Of a DNA stretch of 64,000 nt, positions 9,772-18,143 are shown in pieces. Source of the stretch: an uncultured Prolixibacteraceae bacterium (GTDB lineage: Bacteria; Bacteroidota; Bacteroidia; Bacteroidales; FEN-979); NCBI GenBank assembly GCA_964605775.1, contig CAZSDU010000007.1, positions 18,256 through 82,255 on the forward strand, read 5' to 3'. The notes beneath the pieces were generated by a model. The model made no database searches. It saw only the letters and a list, made by a program, of their open reading frames with translations, and was not told the origin of the DNA. The stretch's first letter is position 1, and each line of letters opens with the position of its first letter. The position numbers were made by a program, and so were the translations under genes.

Positions 9772-9779
9772 CAAAAGTA
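9772..9779 (-). promoter_or_regulatory. Bacteroidota-type -7 promoter box TACTTTTG for the T9SS cargo gene
   Basis: The minus-strand sequence TACTTTTG matches the TAnnTTTG consensus and ends 27 nt upstream of the ATG at 9745. Confidence 0.5.
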
Positions 9780-9780
9780 A

Positions 9781-9833
9781 ATAAAAAGTCGTCATGATAT
9801 GCTTGTCAGGGAAGACAACATAACAAAGACGAC
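9781..9833 (-). terminator. Possible intrinsic terminator of the cyd transcript
   Basis: On the minus strand, outer stem GTCGTC/GACGAC (9828-9833 with 9788-9793) encloses an inner TTGTC/GACAA hairpin and is followed by TTTTTATTT. It lies 25 nt after the stop of the candidate small ORF. Confidence 0.35.
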
Positions 9834-9857
9834 CGTGAAACAAGAAAAACAGGGTGT

Positions 9858-9968
9858 CTATTCCCTGATTTTCTTTTCAAATCGTTGTACGGCAAACCCT
9901 ATGATACGGTATGTCAGCCAGATCAATGCAGGCCAAGAAAGCAACCAAAGAATCGAATGAATATACAT
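9858..9968 (-). CDS. Candidate small single-pass membrane peptide downstream of cydB (36 aa, CydX-like in size and position)
   Basis: Hand translation of the minus strand gives ATG..TAG: MYIHSILWLLSWPALIWLTYRIIGFAVQRFEKKIRE. It has one hydrophobic helix and a basic/acidic tail. It is on the same strand as cydB, 71 nt downstream, with no terminator in between. It is too short for the ORF track. Confidence 0.35.
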   Translation of the reverse strand: MYIHSILWLLSWPALIWLTYRIIGFAVQRFEKKIRE

Positions 9969-10005
9969 GACAAATAATGTTAAAGACTTACAAACTACTT
10001 CTAAA

Positions 10006-10040
10006 CTCACCAGCTCACCAACTCACTAACTCACCAGCTC
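10006..10040. repeat. 8-bp tandem repeat, 4.4 copies (CTCACCAG CTCACCAA CTCACTAA CTCACCAG CTC)
   Basis: Read directly from the sequence. The last partial unit overlaps the cydB stop codon by 1 nt. In mRNA sense the unit is YURGUGAG. Confidence 0.9.
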
Positions 10041-11203
10041 TAATAAGTATGTCCTTCCGAGTTCATTTCCTCCTTGCTGATCTTTTTTTTGTTAATGGCA
10101 GTCCAGGCATACCAGATATAAGCAATGACAAAAGGAATGAGCAGGGAAACATAACTCATGGCAGCAAGGGTATAGTGACTGGAGGAACTGTTGCGGATCG
10201 TCAGTGAACTTTGCAGATCAAAAGTGGAAGGATAAAAGGCGGTATGGTTAAATCCGGCCAGCAGAAACAGTGCAAAGACGGTCAGAATGGTTCCCGGCCC
10301 GGCCAGCCAGATTCCCTTGTCGCTGCATTTCTTGAAACAGAACACGACTCTTCCTATACCGAAGAGGACCATGAATACCCCCAGGAGGAAGAGGATAAGC
10401 ACGACGGGCATTTGGATCAGGTTGTGAAAGTATTTGTAGTTTTCCATAGACACGTTTCCATTTGCCGGATCCACGGCAAATCCGGAAGAAAGAAGCAGGG
10501 CGAAAACAAAAGCAAGAAAGAAAACCAGGAAAGGGATGGTATTTATGAGCAAGTGTTTTTTTGCCCTCAGGATGATATTTTCCTCCGCTATGGTATTGAA
10601 AAAATACAGTATGGCCAGAATTCTAACCAGAAAAAATACGGCCAGTCCCAGCGCTACATTCCTCCAGTTAAGGACAGCTTCCAGTCCATAGGCCGGACCT
10701 TCCCAGCGGGAGATCACCGGATCGAAAATGTTGGTCAGATTTAATTTGTTGACTGAAAATGCTGAACCGGTGAAAAATGTGGATACTGCAACCCCGATGA
10801 GAATAGACCCTAAAATTCCGTTGATAATCAGAAACCATTCGTAGGTTTTATGTCCGAGGAAATTGTTTGGCTTACTACGGAATTCATAGGCGACAGCCTG
10901 GATGATAAAAGCGAACAGAATGGTTATCCAGACCCAGTAGGCCCCTCCGAAACTGGTGGAGTAAAAGAGGGGAAAGGAGGCAAAAAAAGCCCCACCGAAA
11001 GTGACCAGTGTCGTAAAGGTAAACTCCCATTTTCTTCCCAATGTATTGACCAGGATTTTTCTTTCCATCTCCGTCTTTCCAAGCGTATAGATCAGCGTTT
11101 GTCCACCCTGGACAAACATCAGGAAAACAAGAAGGCTGCCCAGCAGAGATACGATGATCCACCAATATGCTTGCAGGGTTTCGATTGACATTTGCTCAAA
11201 CAT
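10040..11203 (-). CDS. cydB: Cytochrome bd ubiquinol oxidase subunit II
   Basis: A 387-aa polytopic membrane protein with the typical CydB N-terminus (LQAYWWIIVSLLGSLLVFLMFVQGGQ). Its start overlaps the cydA stop by 1 nt. Confidence 0.9.
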   Translation of the reverse strand: MFEQMSIETLQAYWWIIVSLLGSLLVFLMFVQGGQTLIYTLGKTEMERKILVNTLGRKWEFTFTTLVTFGGAFFASFPLFYSTSFGGAYWVWITILFAFIIQAVAYEFRSKPNNFLGHKTYEWFLIINGILGSILIGVAVSTFFTGSAFSVNKLNLTNIFDPVISRWEGPAYGLEAVLNWRNVALGLAVFFLVRILAILYFFNTIAEENIILRAKKHLLINTIPFLVFFLAFVFALLLSSGFAVDPANGNVSMENYKYFHNLIQMPVVLILFLLGVFMVLFGIGRVVFCFKKCSDKGIWLAGPGTILTVFALFLLAGFNHTAFYPSTFDLQSSLTIRNSSSSHYTLAAMSYVSLLIPFVIAYIWYAWTAINKKKISKEEMNSEGHTY

Positions 11204-12780
11204 TATTGATTCCCTCCATCTTTTGGTCCAATTTTAATTTGTTTTGTCATGATCATCACTTCCGCAATCAGCAGGGCAGTGAATACCAGTGCAAACAGCC
11301 AGAAAGTGATCTGTATGGAAGAGGAATCTATCCTAGAAACCGCTGCCATGGTCGGGAGCAAATCCTGTATCACCCAGGGTTGACGACCCAGCTCTGCCAC
11401 GATCCATCCCATCTGAGAAGCGATATATACCAGGGGTATGGTGAATAAGGAAATCCAGAGAAGCCATCTTTGTTTTTCAAGCTTATTTTTATACACCAGG
11501 ATCAGGGTAACCAGAAAAAGTAGGATAAAATAAAATCCCAATATCACCATGATATGAAAACTATAGAAAGTAAGGGGTACATTGGGAACGATGCTGTTCA
11601 CTTCATTGAAATAGGCATAACCGAAATAGGCGAAATTCTGCCGGAGAATATTTTCAGCGCTGTCGGCCCTGGATATATTATTCTCCTTTTTTGCCTGATT
11701 ATAGGTTGATAAGGCACTAAGGGCAAGCCGGCCACGGATAATTTTCTGTTCTGCCGATAAGGCAACTTCTTTTTCCCCGGGTGGAATGCTGTTGTATTCC
11801 GGTTTATACCCCCCTTTGATCATGTCGTCCACTCCCGGTACAAAGGCATCAGCACTGCGGTAACCGAGTATGGAGAGAAGTTTTGGAATTTCAACTTTAA
11901 AAATGAAGGGATCTTTCCCATCCATCGGTTTTTTCGAATGGTCAAGGAGTCCGATTGCCACCAAGCCTGTTCCTGATTTTCCCTGGTAAATTCCTTCCAT
12001 GGCAGCGAGTTTCATCGGTTGTTTTTGGGCCACCTGATAGGCAGATCCGTCGCCGGTGAAGGCGAGCATCAGAGAGGTGATCAATCCGAAAACAGAGGCG
12101 ACCACAATGCTCCTTTTAGCAAAAAGGGTTTCCCGTTTTTTAAGTAAAAACCAGGCACTGATTCCAAGAACAAAAACAGCGGCCGTGACATACCCTGAAG
12201 TTATGGTATGCAGGAATTTATTTACGGCCACGGGGGAGAATAGGACATCCCAGAAATTCATCATCTCATTCCTGGCGGTTTCCGGATTGAATCTCATCCC
12301 AATAGGGTATTGCATCCAGGCATTGGCAACGAGGATCCACAAGGCGGATAAATTGGCGCCGATGGCTGTCAGCCAGGAAGCGGTAAGATGGAAACCCTTA
12401 CTCACTTTATTCCACCCGAAAAACATGATGGCGATGAAAGTGGATTCCAGGAAAAAAGCCATGATTCCCTCAATGGCAAGAGGTGCCCCAAAAATATCTC
12501 CCACGAACCAGGAATAATTCGACCAGTTGGTGCCAAACTCGAATTCCAGAATGATTCCTGTGGCAACGCCTATGGCGAAGTTGATCCCGAAAAGGGTCAT
12601 CCAGAATTTAGTTATCCTTTTCCATTCAGGGTTTCCTGTTTTCACGTAGATTGATTCCATGATCGCTACGATGAAAGACAAACCCAGGGTAAGTGGAACA
12701 AACAGCCAGTGGTAGATGGCTGTTAGGGCAAACTGGGCCCGGGACCAGTCAACCACGCTGAGATCAATGCTATCCATCAT
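11203..12780 (-). CDS. cydA: Cytochrome bd ubiquinol oxidase subunit I (long Q-loop type)
   Basis: A 525-aa protein with the conserved blocks WSRAQFALTAIYHWLFVPLTLG, GAPLAIEGIMAFFLESTF and GWIVAELGRQPWVIQ. Confidence 0.92.
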   Translation of the reverse strand: MMDSIDLSVVDWSRAQFALTAIYHWLFVPLTLGLSFIVAIMESIYVKTGNPEWKRITKFWMTLFGINFAIGVATGIILEFEFGTNWSNYSWFVGDIFGAPLAIEGIMAFFLESTFIAIMFFGWNKVSKGFHLTASWLTAIGANLSALWILVANAWMQYPIGMRFNPETARNEMMNFWDVLFSPVAVNKFLHTITSGYVTAAVFVLGISAWFLLKKRETLFAKRSIVVASVFGLITSLMLAFTGDGSAYQVAQKQPMKLAAMEGIYQGKSGTGLVAIGLLDHSKKPMDGKDPFIFKVEIPKLLSILGYRSADAFVPGVDDMIKGGYKPEYNSIPPGEKEVALSAEQKIIRGRLALSALSTYNQAKKENNISRADSAENILRQNFAYFGYAYFNEVNSIVPNVPLTFYSFHIMVILGFYFILLFLVTLILVYKNKLEKQRWLLWISLFTIPLVYIASQMGWIVAELGRQPWVIQDLLPTMAAVSRIDSSSIQITFWLFALVFTALLIAEVMIMTKQIKIGPKDGGNQ

Positions 12781-12863
12781 AAATTTCAGATTTTACTTTC
12801 ATCCCAAAAATAAGAAAAGAATTACATATACAATAACCTCAATAAATTATTTTTCTTTTGCCA

Positions 12864-13076
12864 TTAATGCCGTTTGATCAGTTCATCCCTGACATAATCT
12901 CCACGTTCTTTATTGTTATTAAACCTGGATTTCAGAAAATCAGGAAAGAAAAATAAACGTAAAATGAAAAAAAGGATGAAAATTTTGATAAGAATGATAA
13001 TCCAAAGTTTTTTTCCGACGGTCATGCTCCTGAATCCATCGTAATAAAAAAACCAGATTCGTTTAAAGATTTTCAA
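12864..13076 (-). CDS. DUF4492-like small membrane protein preceding cydAB (about 70 aa; start assigned to TTG at 13076)
   Basis: The KIFKRIWFFYYDGFRSMTVGKKLWIIILIKIFILFFILRLFFFPDFL block matches the DUF4492 pattern found upstream of cydA in Bacteroidota. The ORF-track start (13172) would overlap the preceding gene by 74 nt, whereas the in-frame TTG at 13076 lies 22 nt after that gene's stop. Confidence 0.65.
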   Translation of the reverse strand: MKIFKRIWFFYYDGFRSMTVGKKLWIIILIKIFILFFILRLFFFPDFLKSRFNNNKERGDYVRDELIKRH

Positions 13077-13098
13077 ATCAGAAATCGTAAATTGGTTT

Positions 13099-13908
13099 CT
13101 ACCAGCTTCCGCCGGCTCCGCCTCCGCCGAAACTGCCTCCGCCGAAACCTCCGAAACCACCTCCTCCGCCAAAGCCTCCGGAACCTGAAGTAAAGTTATT
13201 CCATGAGCCGCTATGTCCTCTGCCCATGGAACCCAACAGCCAAAAAGCAGTCCAGAAGGGAATGCTTTTTCCTATGGAATGACTGCGGGCATTGCTCCCC
13301 CTGATGAGGGTGAAGATGATGATCAGAATGATGAAAGGAATAATGAGGGCTAAGGGAGAAGATTTCCCTCCTGTTTTTTTCATGTATTGGTCAGCGGTAT
13401 ATTCTCCTTTCACCAATTCCATCATGGTTGTAGTTGCTGCATCAAGGCCTTTATAATAATTTCCTTCCTTGAAGTTAGGGATCATTTCATTCTCCGTAAT
13501 TCTTTTAGCCAGGGCATCAGGGATGGCTCCTTCCAATCCGTAACCGGTGGCAAGATAGGCTTCACCTTTTTCTCCCGAAATTTTCGGTTTTACCAGGATA
13601 ACAGCCCCATTGTTCTTCCCTTTTTGTCCGACTCCCCATTGTTGTCCGATCCGGTAAGCGAAATCAGCTTTATCATAACCCTGCAAAGAGTTGACTAAAA
13701 CGACCGTGATCTGGGTGGAAGTGGAATCATTGAATGCCACAAGCTTTGATTCGAGTTGTTGAACTTCATCCGCAGACAGGACTCCGGTAAAATCATTCAC
13801 CAGCTTAGGGGGATCCGGTCGGGGAGGAATTTCCTGGGCTTTCAATGAACTTAAAAAGCCTGTACAAATAAGCAGAAGAGCAAGAATCTTATATGAGGTT
13901 TTTTTCAT
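13099..13908 (-). CDS. TPM-domain protein, YgcG-like (signal peptide, TPM domain, TM helix, Gly-rich tail)
   Basis: It has the signal peptide MKKTSYKILALLLICTGFLSSLKAQ, a TPM block (VNDFTGVLSADEVQQLESKLVAFNDSTSTQITVVLV), a TM helix (LALIIPFILIIIFTLI) and a GSGGFGGGGGFGGFGGGSFGGGGAGGSW tail. Confidence 0.8.
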   Translation of the reverse strand: MKKTSYKILALLLICTGFLSSLKAQEIPPRPDPPKLVNDFTGVLSADEVQQLESKLVAFNDSTSTQITVVLVNSLQGYDKADFAYRIGQQWGVGQKGKNNGAVILVKPKISGEKGEAYLATGYGLEGAIPDALAKRITENEMIPNFKEGNYYKGLDAATTTMMELVKGEYTADQYMKKTGGKSSPLALIIPFIILIIIFTLIRGSNARSHSIGKSIPFWTAFWLLGSMGRGHSGSWNNFTSGSGGFGGGGGFGGFGGGSFGGGGAGGSW

Positions 13909-13936
13909 TTTTCATTCTTAATGCTTCATTCTCTTT

Positions 13937-14398
13937 TCAGTCTTTACCGAATGAAACCTCATCCGGAAGCTCATTGATGTCGTTTCTCTGATAAGGGAAA
14001 TGCTTTTTCAGTTTTTCCCCGGCAGCATGGATGGCATGACATAAACCATCCATAAATTTACCTTCTCGGAAATGAAGAAGCATTTTTTGTTTCACATCGT
14101 CCCAGAATTCCTCCTTGACGACCTGGTGAATGCCGGAATCTCCGATGATGGCAAAGCGTTTGTTCTTGATGGCCAGATAGATCAGCACCCCATTCCTGAG
14201 TTTTGTTTGATGCATTTCGAGCTGCTTGAAAATAAAAGCAGCCCTGTCCATCACATTCCCCGTACAGGAATTTTCGATATGTACCCTGATCTCCCCGGAA
14301 GTATCCAGTTCAGCCATCATAATTGCCTGGCGGAGATCATCCTGGTCCTGTTCGCTGAAAAAGTCTTTTGCAGAAGTTCCCATGATCATTTGAATCAT
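13937..14398 (-). CDS. TPM-domain (TLP18.3/Psb32-type phosphatase-like) protein, cytoplasmic form
   Basis: A 153-aa protein with FFSEQDQDDLRQAIMMAELDTSGEIRVHIE followed by VLIYLAIKNKRFAIIGDSGIH, typical of the short TPM family member that follows LemA. Its start overlaps the lemA stop by 4 nt. Confidence 0.75.
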   Translation of the reverse strand: MIQMIMGTSAKDFFSEQDQDDLRQAIMMAELDTSGEIRVHIENSCTGNVMDRAAFIFKQLEMHQTKLRNGVLIYLAIKNKRFAIIGDSGIHQVVKEEFWDDVKQKMLLHFREGKFMDGLCHAIHAAGEKLKKHFPYQRNDINELPDEVSFGKD

Positions 14399-14994
14399 TC
14401 AAACTTAACTTCAGGAGCTTTCTCAGCGCCTTGCTGGGCTTCAAAATATGCTTTTTTCTGAAATCCGAATATCCCGGCGAAAATATTGGCCGGAAAACGA
14501 CGGATATAGGTATTATAAGCCTTAGCCGCTTCGTTGAATTTCATTCTTTCAACACTGATACGGTTTTCGGTTCCTTCTAACTGCGCTTGTAATTCAGAGA
14601 AATTTTGGGTGGCCTTGATCTGGGGATACTGTTCCACCACGACCATCAGACGCCCGAGGGCAGAACTGACATTGTTCTGTGCTTCCTGGAATTTCTGTAA
14701 TGATGCTTCATCCAGGTTCTTGGGATTGATCTGTACACTGGTTGCTTTGGCCCTGGCTTCAATGACTGCAGTTAGCGTACTCTTTTCAAAGTTAGCTACT
14801 CCCTGAACCGTATTGACCAGGTTGGGAATGAGATCAAGTCTGCGTTGATAAACATTTTCAACATTGGCCCATGCCTGGTTAACGCCTTCTTCCTGGCTTA
14901 CCAGTTTATTATATATGCCTGTTCCCCAGGAAAACAGGAGAATGATGACGACAACGACAATGATCAGCGTGATCCAGCCTTTTCCGATTTTCAT
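14395..14994 (-). CDS. lemA: LemA family protein
   Basis: An N-terminal TM helix is followed by the LemA signature YNKLVSQEEGVNQAWANVENVYQRRLDLIPNLV and ENRISVERMKFNEAAKAYNT. Confidence 0.88.
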   Translation of the reverse strand: MKIGKGWITLIIVVVVIILLFSWGTGIYNKLVSQEEGVNQAWANVENVYQRRLDLIPNLVNTVQGVANFEKSTLTAVIEARAKATSVQINPKNLDEASLQKFQEAQNNVSSALGRLMVVVEQYPQIKATQNFSELQAQLEGTENRISVERMKFNEAAKAYNTYIRRFPANIFAGIFGFQKKAYFEAQQGAEKAPEVKFE

Positions 14995-15033
14995 AATGTG
15001 AGTGTTTTTGGTTTGTGATTGCTAAATTACGAT

Positions 15034-16938
15034 TTATTTGATCAGATCAATACTACGCCTGATGAATTCCGACAGATCTTTGCCTTTTAAAAGATTCTGG
15101 GATAGCAGGGCAAGATCGAAAATTTGTTTGATGGTCCCCGACTGTTTGCCTCCATCCGGCTCAAGCAGTAGTTTTCCGATCACCGGATTGTTGGAATTCA
15201 CGACCAGATTATATTTTTCCGGCATTTCACCCATAAAATTATAACCTCCACCCAGGGCAGACATATCTTTCATACGCCGCATAAATTCATTCTGGGTGAT
15301 CAGGAAAGGGACTTCATTTTCGCTGAGATTATCGAAAACCACCGTGAATTTTTGTGCATCGATTTGCTTTTCAATCATTTCCTTGAGGGACTTTTGCTGA
15401 TCCTCGGTTAAACGTGAAGGGAGATTATCTTCTTTTTGTACCAGTTTTTCGACGGTATCGGCATCCACCCTTGTAAACCTTGATTTTTCCATTTTCTGTT
15501 CAAGTGCATTGATGAAATGTGCATCAATGATGCCATCCAGAAGCAATACATCATAACCTCTTGCTTTCACGGATTCAATAAAACTGAATTGCTCCTGGAA
15601 ATGGGTGGCATAAATATAGATCAGGTTTCCATCTTTGTCTTTTTGTATCGCCTTAATGTGTTTTTCGTACTCTTCAAACGTGAAATATTTATTATCGACA
15701 TTTTTTAAAAGACAGAATTTTTTCGCCCTGTCGTAAAATTCGGGTTGGGATATGATCCCATATTCGATGAATACCTTGATGTCGTCCCATTTCGATTCAA
15801 AATCCGGACGGTTGTCTTTGAACAGCGATTCCAGTTTGTCAGCCACTTTTTTGGTGATGTGATTGGAAATTTTCTTGACATTGGGATCACTTTGCAGATA
15901 ACTTCTGGAAACATTCAGGGGAATATCTGGAGAATCAAGTACGCCATGCAGCAGGGTGAGAAAATCAGGAACGATCCCTTCTACCGAATCAGTCACAAAG
16001 ACCTGATTGCAATATAGCTGGATTTTATCCTTCTGCACTTCCAGCGCTCTTTTGACCTTAGGAAAATAAAGGATTCCGGTCAGGTTAAACGGATAATCCA
16101 CGTTCAGGTGGATCCAGAAGAGGGGTTCCTCAAAAGAATAGGGGTAGAGTTCCCGGTAAAAGTTCTTATAATCCTCATCTTTCAGATCCACGGGTTTTTT
16201 CTTCCATAGCGGATCGGTATTGTTGATAATCCTGGGTTTTTCTACTTCCACTCGTTTATCATTACCGTCCTTATCTTTTTCACCCTCGACTTTTTCCCAA
16301 ATCTTTTCGTTCCCGAAACGGATGGGAACCGGTAGAAATTTGCAGTATTTTTTCAGGATTTCAAGCAGCTTGTATTCTTCAAGATAATCCTTGGAATCCT
16401 TGGCAATATGAAGAATCACTTCCGTGCCACGGTCTTTTTTATCGGTTTCTTCCATCATGTAATCCGGACTGCCATCGCATTCCCAGCGGACAGCTTTGTT
16501 TTCGCCTCTGGTTTGGTATGTTTTTGTATAGATTTCCACCTTGTCGGAAACCATGAAGGACGAATAAAAGCCGAGTCCGAAATGACCAATGATGGCATTC
16601 ATCTCTGATTCCGATTTGGTCTTGAATTTCTTGATGAATTCTTCGGCGCTTGAAAAGGCAATCTGGTTGATATACTTATCCACTTCCGCAGCTGTCATCC
16701 CGATGCCCTTATCCTTGACGGAAATTGTTTTTTTCTTGGTATCCAGGGTCACTTCAATGGTCAGGTCGCTGATGTCGCCATTATATTTCCCTAGCGCTGC
16801 AAGCGTTTTCAGTTTTTGTGTGGCATCTACCGCGTTGGAAATGAGTTCGCGCAGGAAGATCTCATGATCAGAATAGAGGAATTTCTTGATGATCGGAAAA
16901 ATATTCTCAGTCTGGACGTTAATTTTACCTTGTTGCAT
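15034..16938 (-). CDS. htpG: Molecular chaperone HtpG (Hsp90)
   Basis: A 634-aa protein with a GHKL ATPase N-domain (FLRELISNAVDA, KGIGMT, IGHFGLGFYS) and the Hsp90 middle and C-terminal domains. Confidence 0.93.
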   Translation of the reverse strand: MQQGKINVQTENIFPIIKKFLYSDHEIFLRELISNAVDATQKLKTLAALGKYNGDISDLTIEVTLDTKKKTISVKDKGIGMTAAEVDKYINQIAFSSAEEFIKKFKTKSESEMNAIIGHFGLGFYSSFMVSDKVEIYTKTYQTRGENKAVRWECDGSPDYMMEETDKKDRGTEVILHIAKDSKDYLEEYKLLEILKKYCKFLPVPIRFGNEKIWEKVEGEKDKDGNDKRVEVEKPRIINNTDPLWKKKPVDLKDEDYKNFYRELYPYSFEEPLFWIHLNVDYPFNLTGILYFPKVKRALEVQKDKIQLYCNQVFVTDSVEGIVPDFLTLLHGVLDSPDIPLNVSRSYLQSDPNVKKISNHITKKVADKLESLFKDNRPDFESKWDDIKVFIEYGIISQPEFYDRAKKFCLLKNVDNKYFTFEEYEKHIKAIQKDKDGNLIYIYATHFQEQFSFIESVKARGYDVLLLDGIIDAHFINALEQKMEKSRFTRVDADTVEKLVQKEDNLPSRLTEDQQKSLKEMIEKQIDAQKFTVVFDNLSENEVPFLITQNEFMRRMKDMSALGGGYNFMGEMPEKYNLVVNSNNPVIGKLLLEPDGGKQSGTIKQIFDLALLSQNLLKGKDLSEFIRRSIDLIK

Positions 16939-17106
16939 AGTGATCGTGGTTTAGATGTTTTCCCGCATATGTCAAAAAAAATGCCATGGGTAAGAATATG
17001 ACAAAATGACAAACAGATAATTTTTCATCTTCCTCACATAATAAGGAAGAAAATTTCTAATTTTACAAGGTTGTATTTCCGTAGAAACCTCTAAAAATTT
17101 ATCTAT

Positions 17107-18126
17107 ATGAACGCAATTGATTGGAAAAACCTGCCCTTTGGCTATTTCAAAACAGATTACAATGTCCGTTGCTATTTTAAAAACGGGCAATGGGGTGACC
17201 TGGAGGTCACTGATTCCGAAATGATCAGCATGCACATGGCAGCCACTTGTCTGCATTACGGACAGGAAGCTTTTGAAGGGATGAAAGCCTTTACCGGCGC
17301 AGACGGAAAGATCCGCATTTTCAGGATGGAAGAAAATGCCAAAAGGATGCAACATTCCGCACGTGGGGTGATGATGGCAGAAGTGCCCACTTCTTTGTTT
17401 ATTGAAACGGTTTTAAAAGCAGTCAAATTGAACCTGAAATATGTTCCCCCCTATGGAGAAGGCGCTTCCCTATATATTCGTCCCCTGCTGATCGGCTCTG
17501 GTCCTCAGGTTGGGGTTAAGCCTGCTACCGAGTATTTGTTCATGGTTTTTGTCGGCCCGGTCGGTCCTTATTTTAAGGAAGGGTTCAATCCGGTAAAAAT
17601 GCAGATTGTTCGTGATTATGACCGTGCTGCTCCACTTGGCACCGGCCATATCAAAGTTGGAGGAAATTATGCTGCAAGTCTGAAGGCAGGAGTCCGCGCA
17701 CATCTTGACGGTTTTTCCTCCTGTATTTTTCTGGATGCCCGTGAAAAAAAATATATTGATGAAGCCGGACCGGCCAATTTCTTCGGAATTAAAGGGAATG
17801 TATATGTCACGCCTGATTCAAGCTCCATTTTACCCTCTATTACCAACAAATCTTTATGTGTGCTTGCAGAAGAACTGGGAATGAAAGTGGAAAAGCGTCA
17901 TGTACCTGTGGAGGAATTAGCCGAATTCGACGAAGTCGGAGCTTGCGGAACTGCAGCAGTGATCTCACCGATCTGCCAGATCCATGACAGGGATACCGGG
18001 AAAATTTATCAATATTGCAAAGATGGCCATGCCGGCCCGGTTTCCACCAAGCTTTTTAATAAATTGAAGGGTATTCAGGAAGGACTTGAACCGGATACAC
18101 ACGGGTGGGTGACCATCGTTGACTGA
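17107..18126 (+). CDS. ilvE: Branched-chain amino acid aminotransferase (fold type IV)
   Basis: A 339-aa protein with the blocks LHYGQEAFEGMKAF, YIRPLLIGSGP, GGNYAASL and ACGTAAVISP, characteristic of the longer BCAT subgroup. Confidence 0.88.
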   Translation: MNAIDWKNLPFGYFKTDYNVRCYFKNGQWGDLEVTDSEMISMHMAATCLHYGQEAFEGMKAFTGADGKIRIFRMEENAKRMQHSARGVMMAEVPTSLFIETVLKAVKLNLKYVPPYGEGASLYIRPLLIGSGPQVGVKPATEYLFMVFVGPVGPYFKEGFNPVKMQIVRDYDRAAPLGTGHIKVGGNYAASLKAGVRAHLDGFSSCIFLDAREKKYIDEAGPANFFGIKGNVYVTPDSSSILPSITNKSLCVLAEELGMKVEKRHVPVEELAEFDEVGACGTAAVISPICQIHDRDTGKIYQYCKDGHAGPVSTKLFNKLKGIQEGLEPDTHGWVTIVD

Positions 18127-18143
18127 CAATAATCACCAACCCA

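Noticed and set aside
10211-10744. 177-aa plus-strand ORF rich in charged residues
   Set aside because: It is antisense to cydB. Its composition (K, E, Q, G runs) mirrors the reverse complement of hydrophobic codons, and it has no independent support.
13077-13172. Ala/Glu-rich N-terminal extension (MAEEVVSEVSAEAVSAEAEPAEAG) of the DUF4492 ORF
   Set aside because: It is simply the alternative-frame reading of the Gly-rich (GGN-repeat) tail of the upstream TPM gene. The DUF4492 homology begins only after that gene's stop, where an in-frame TTG is available.
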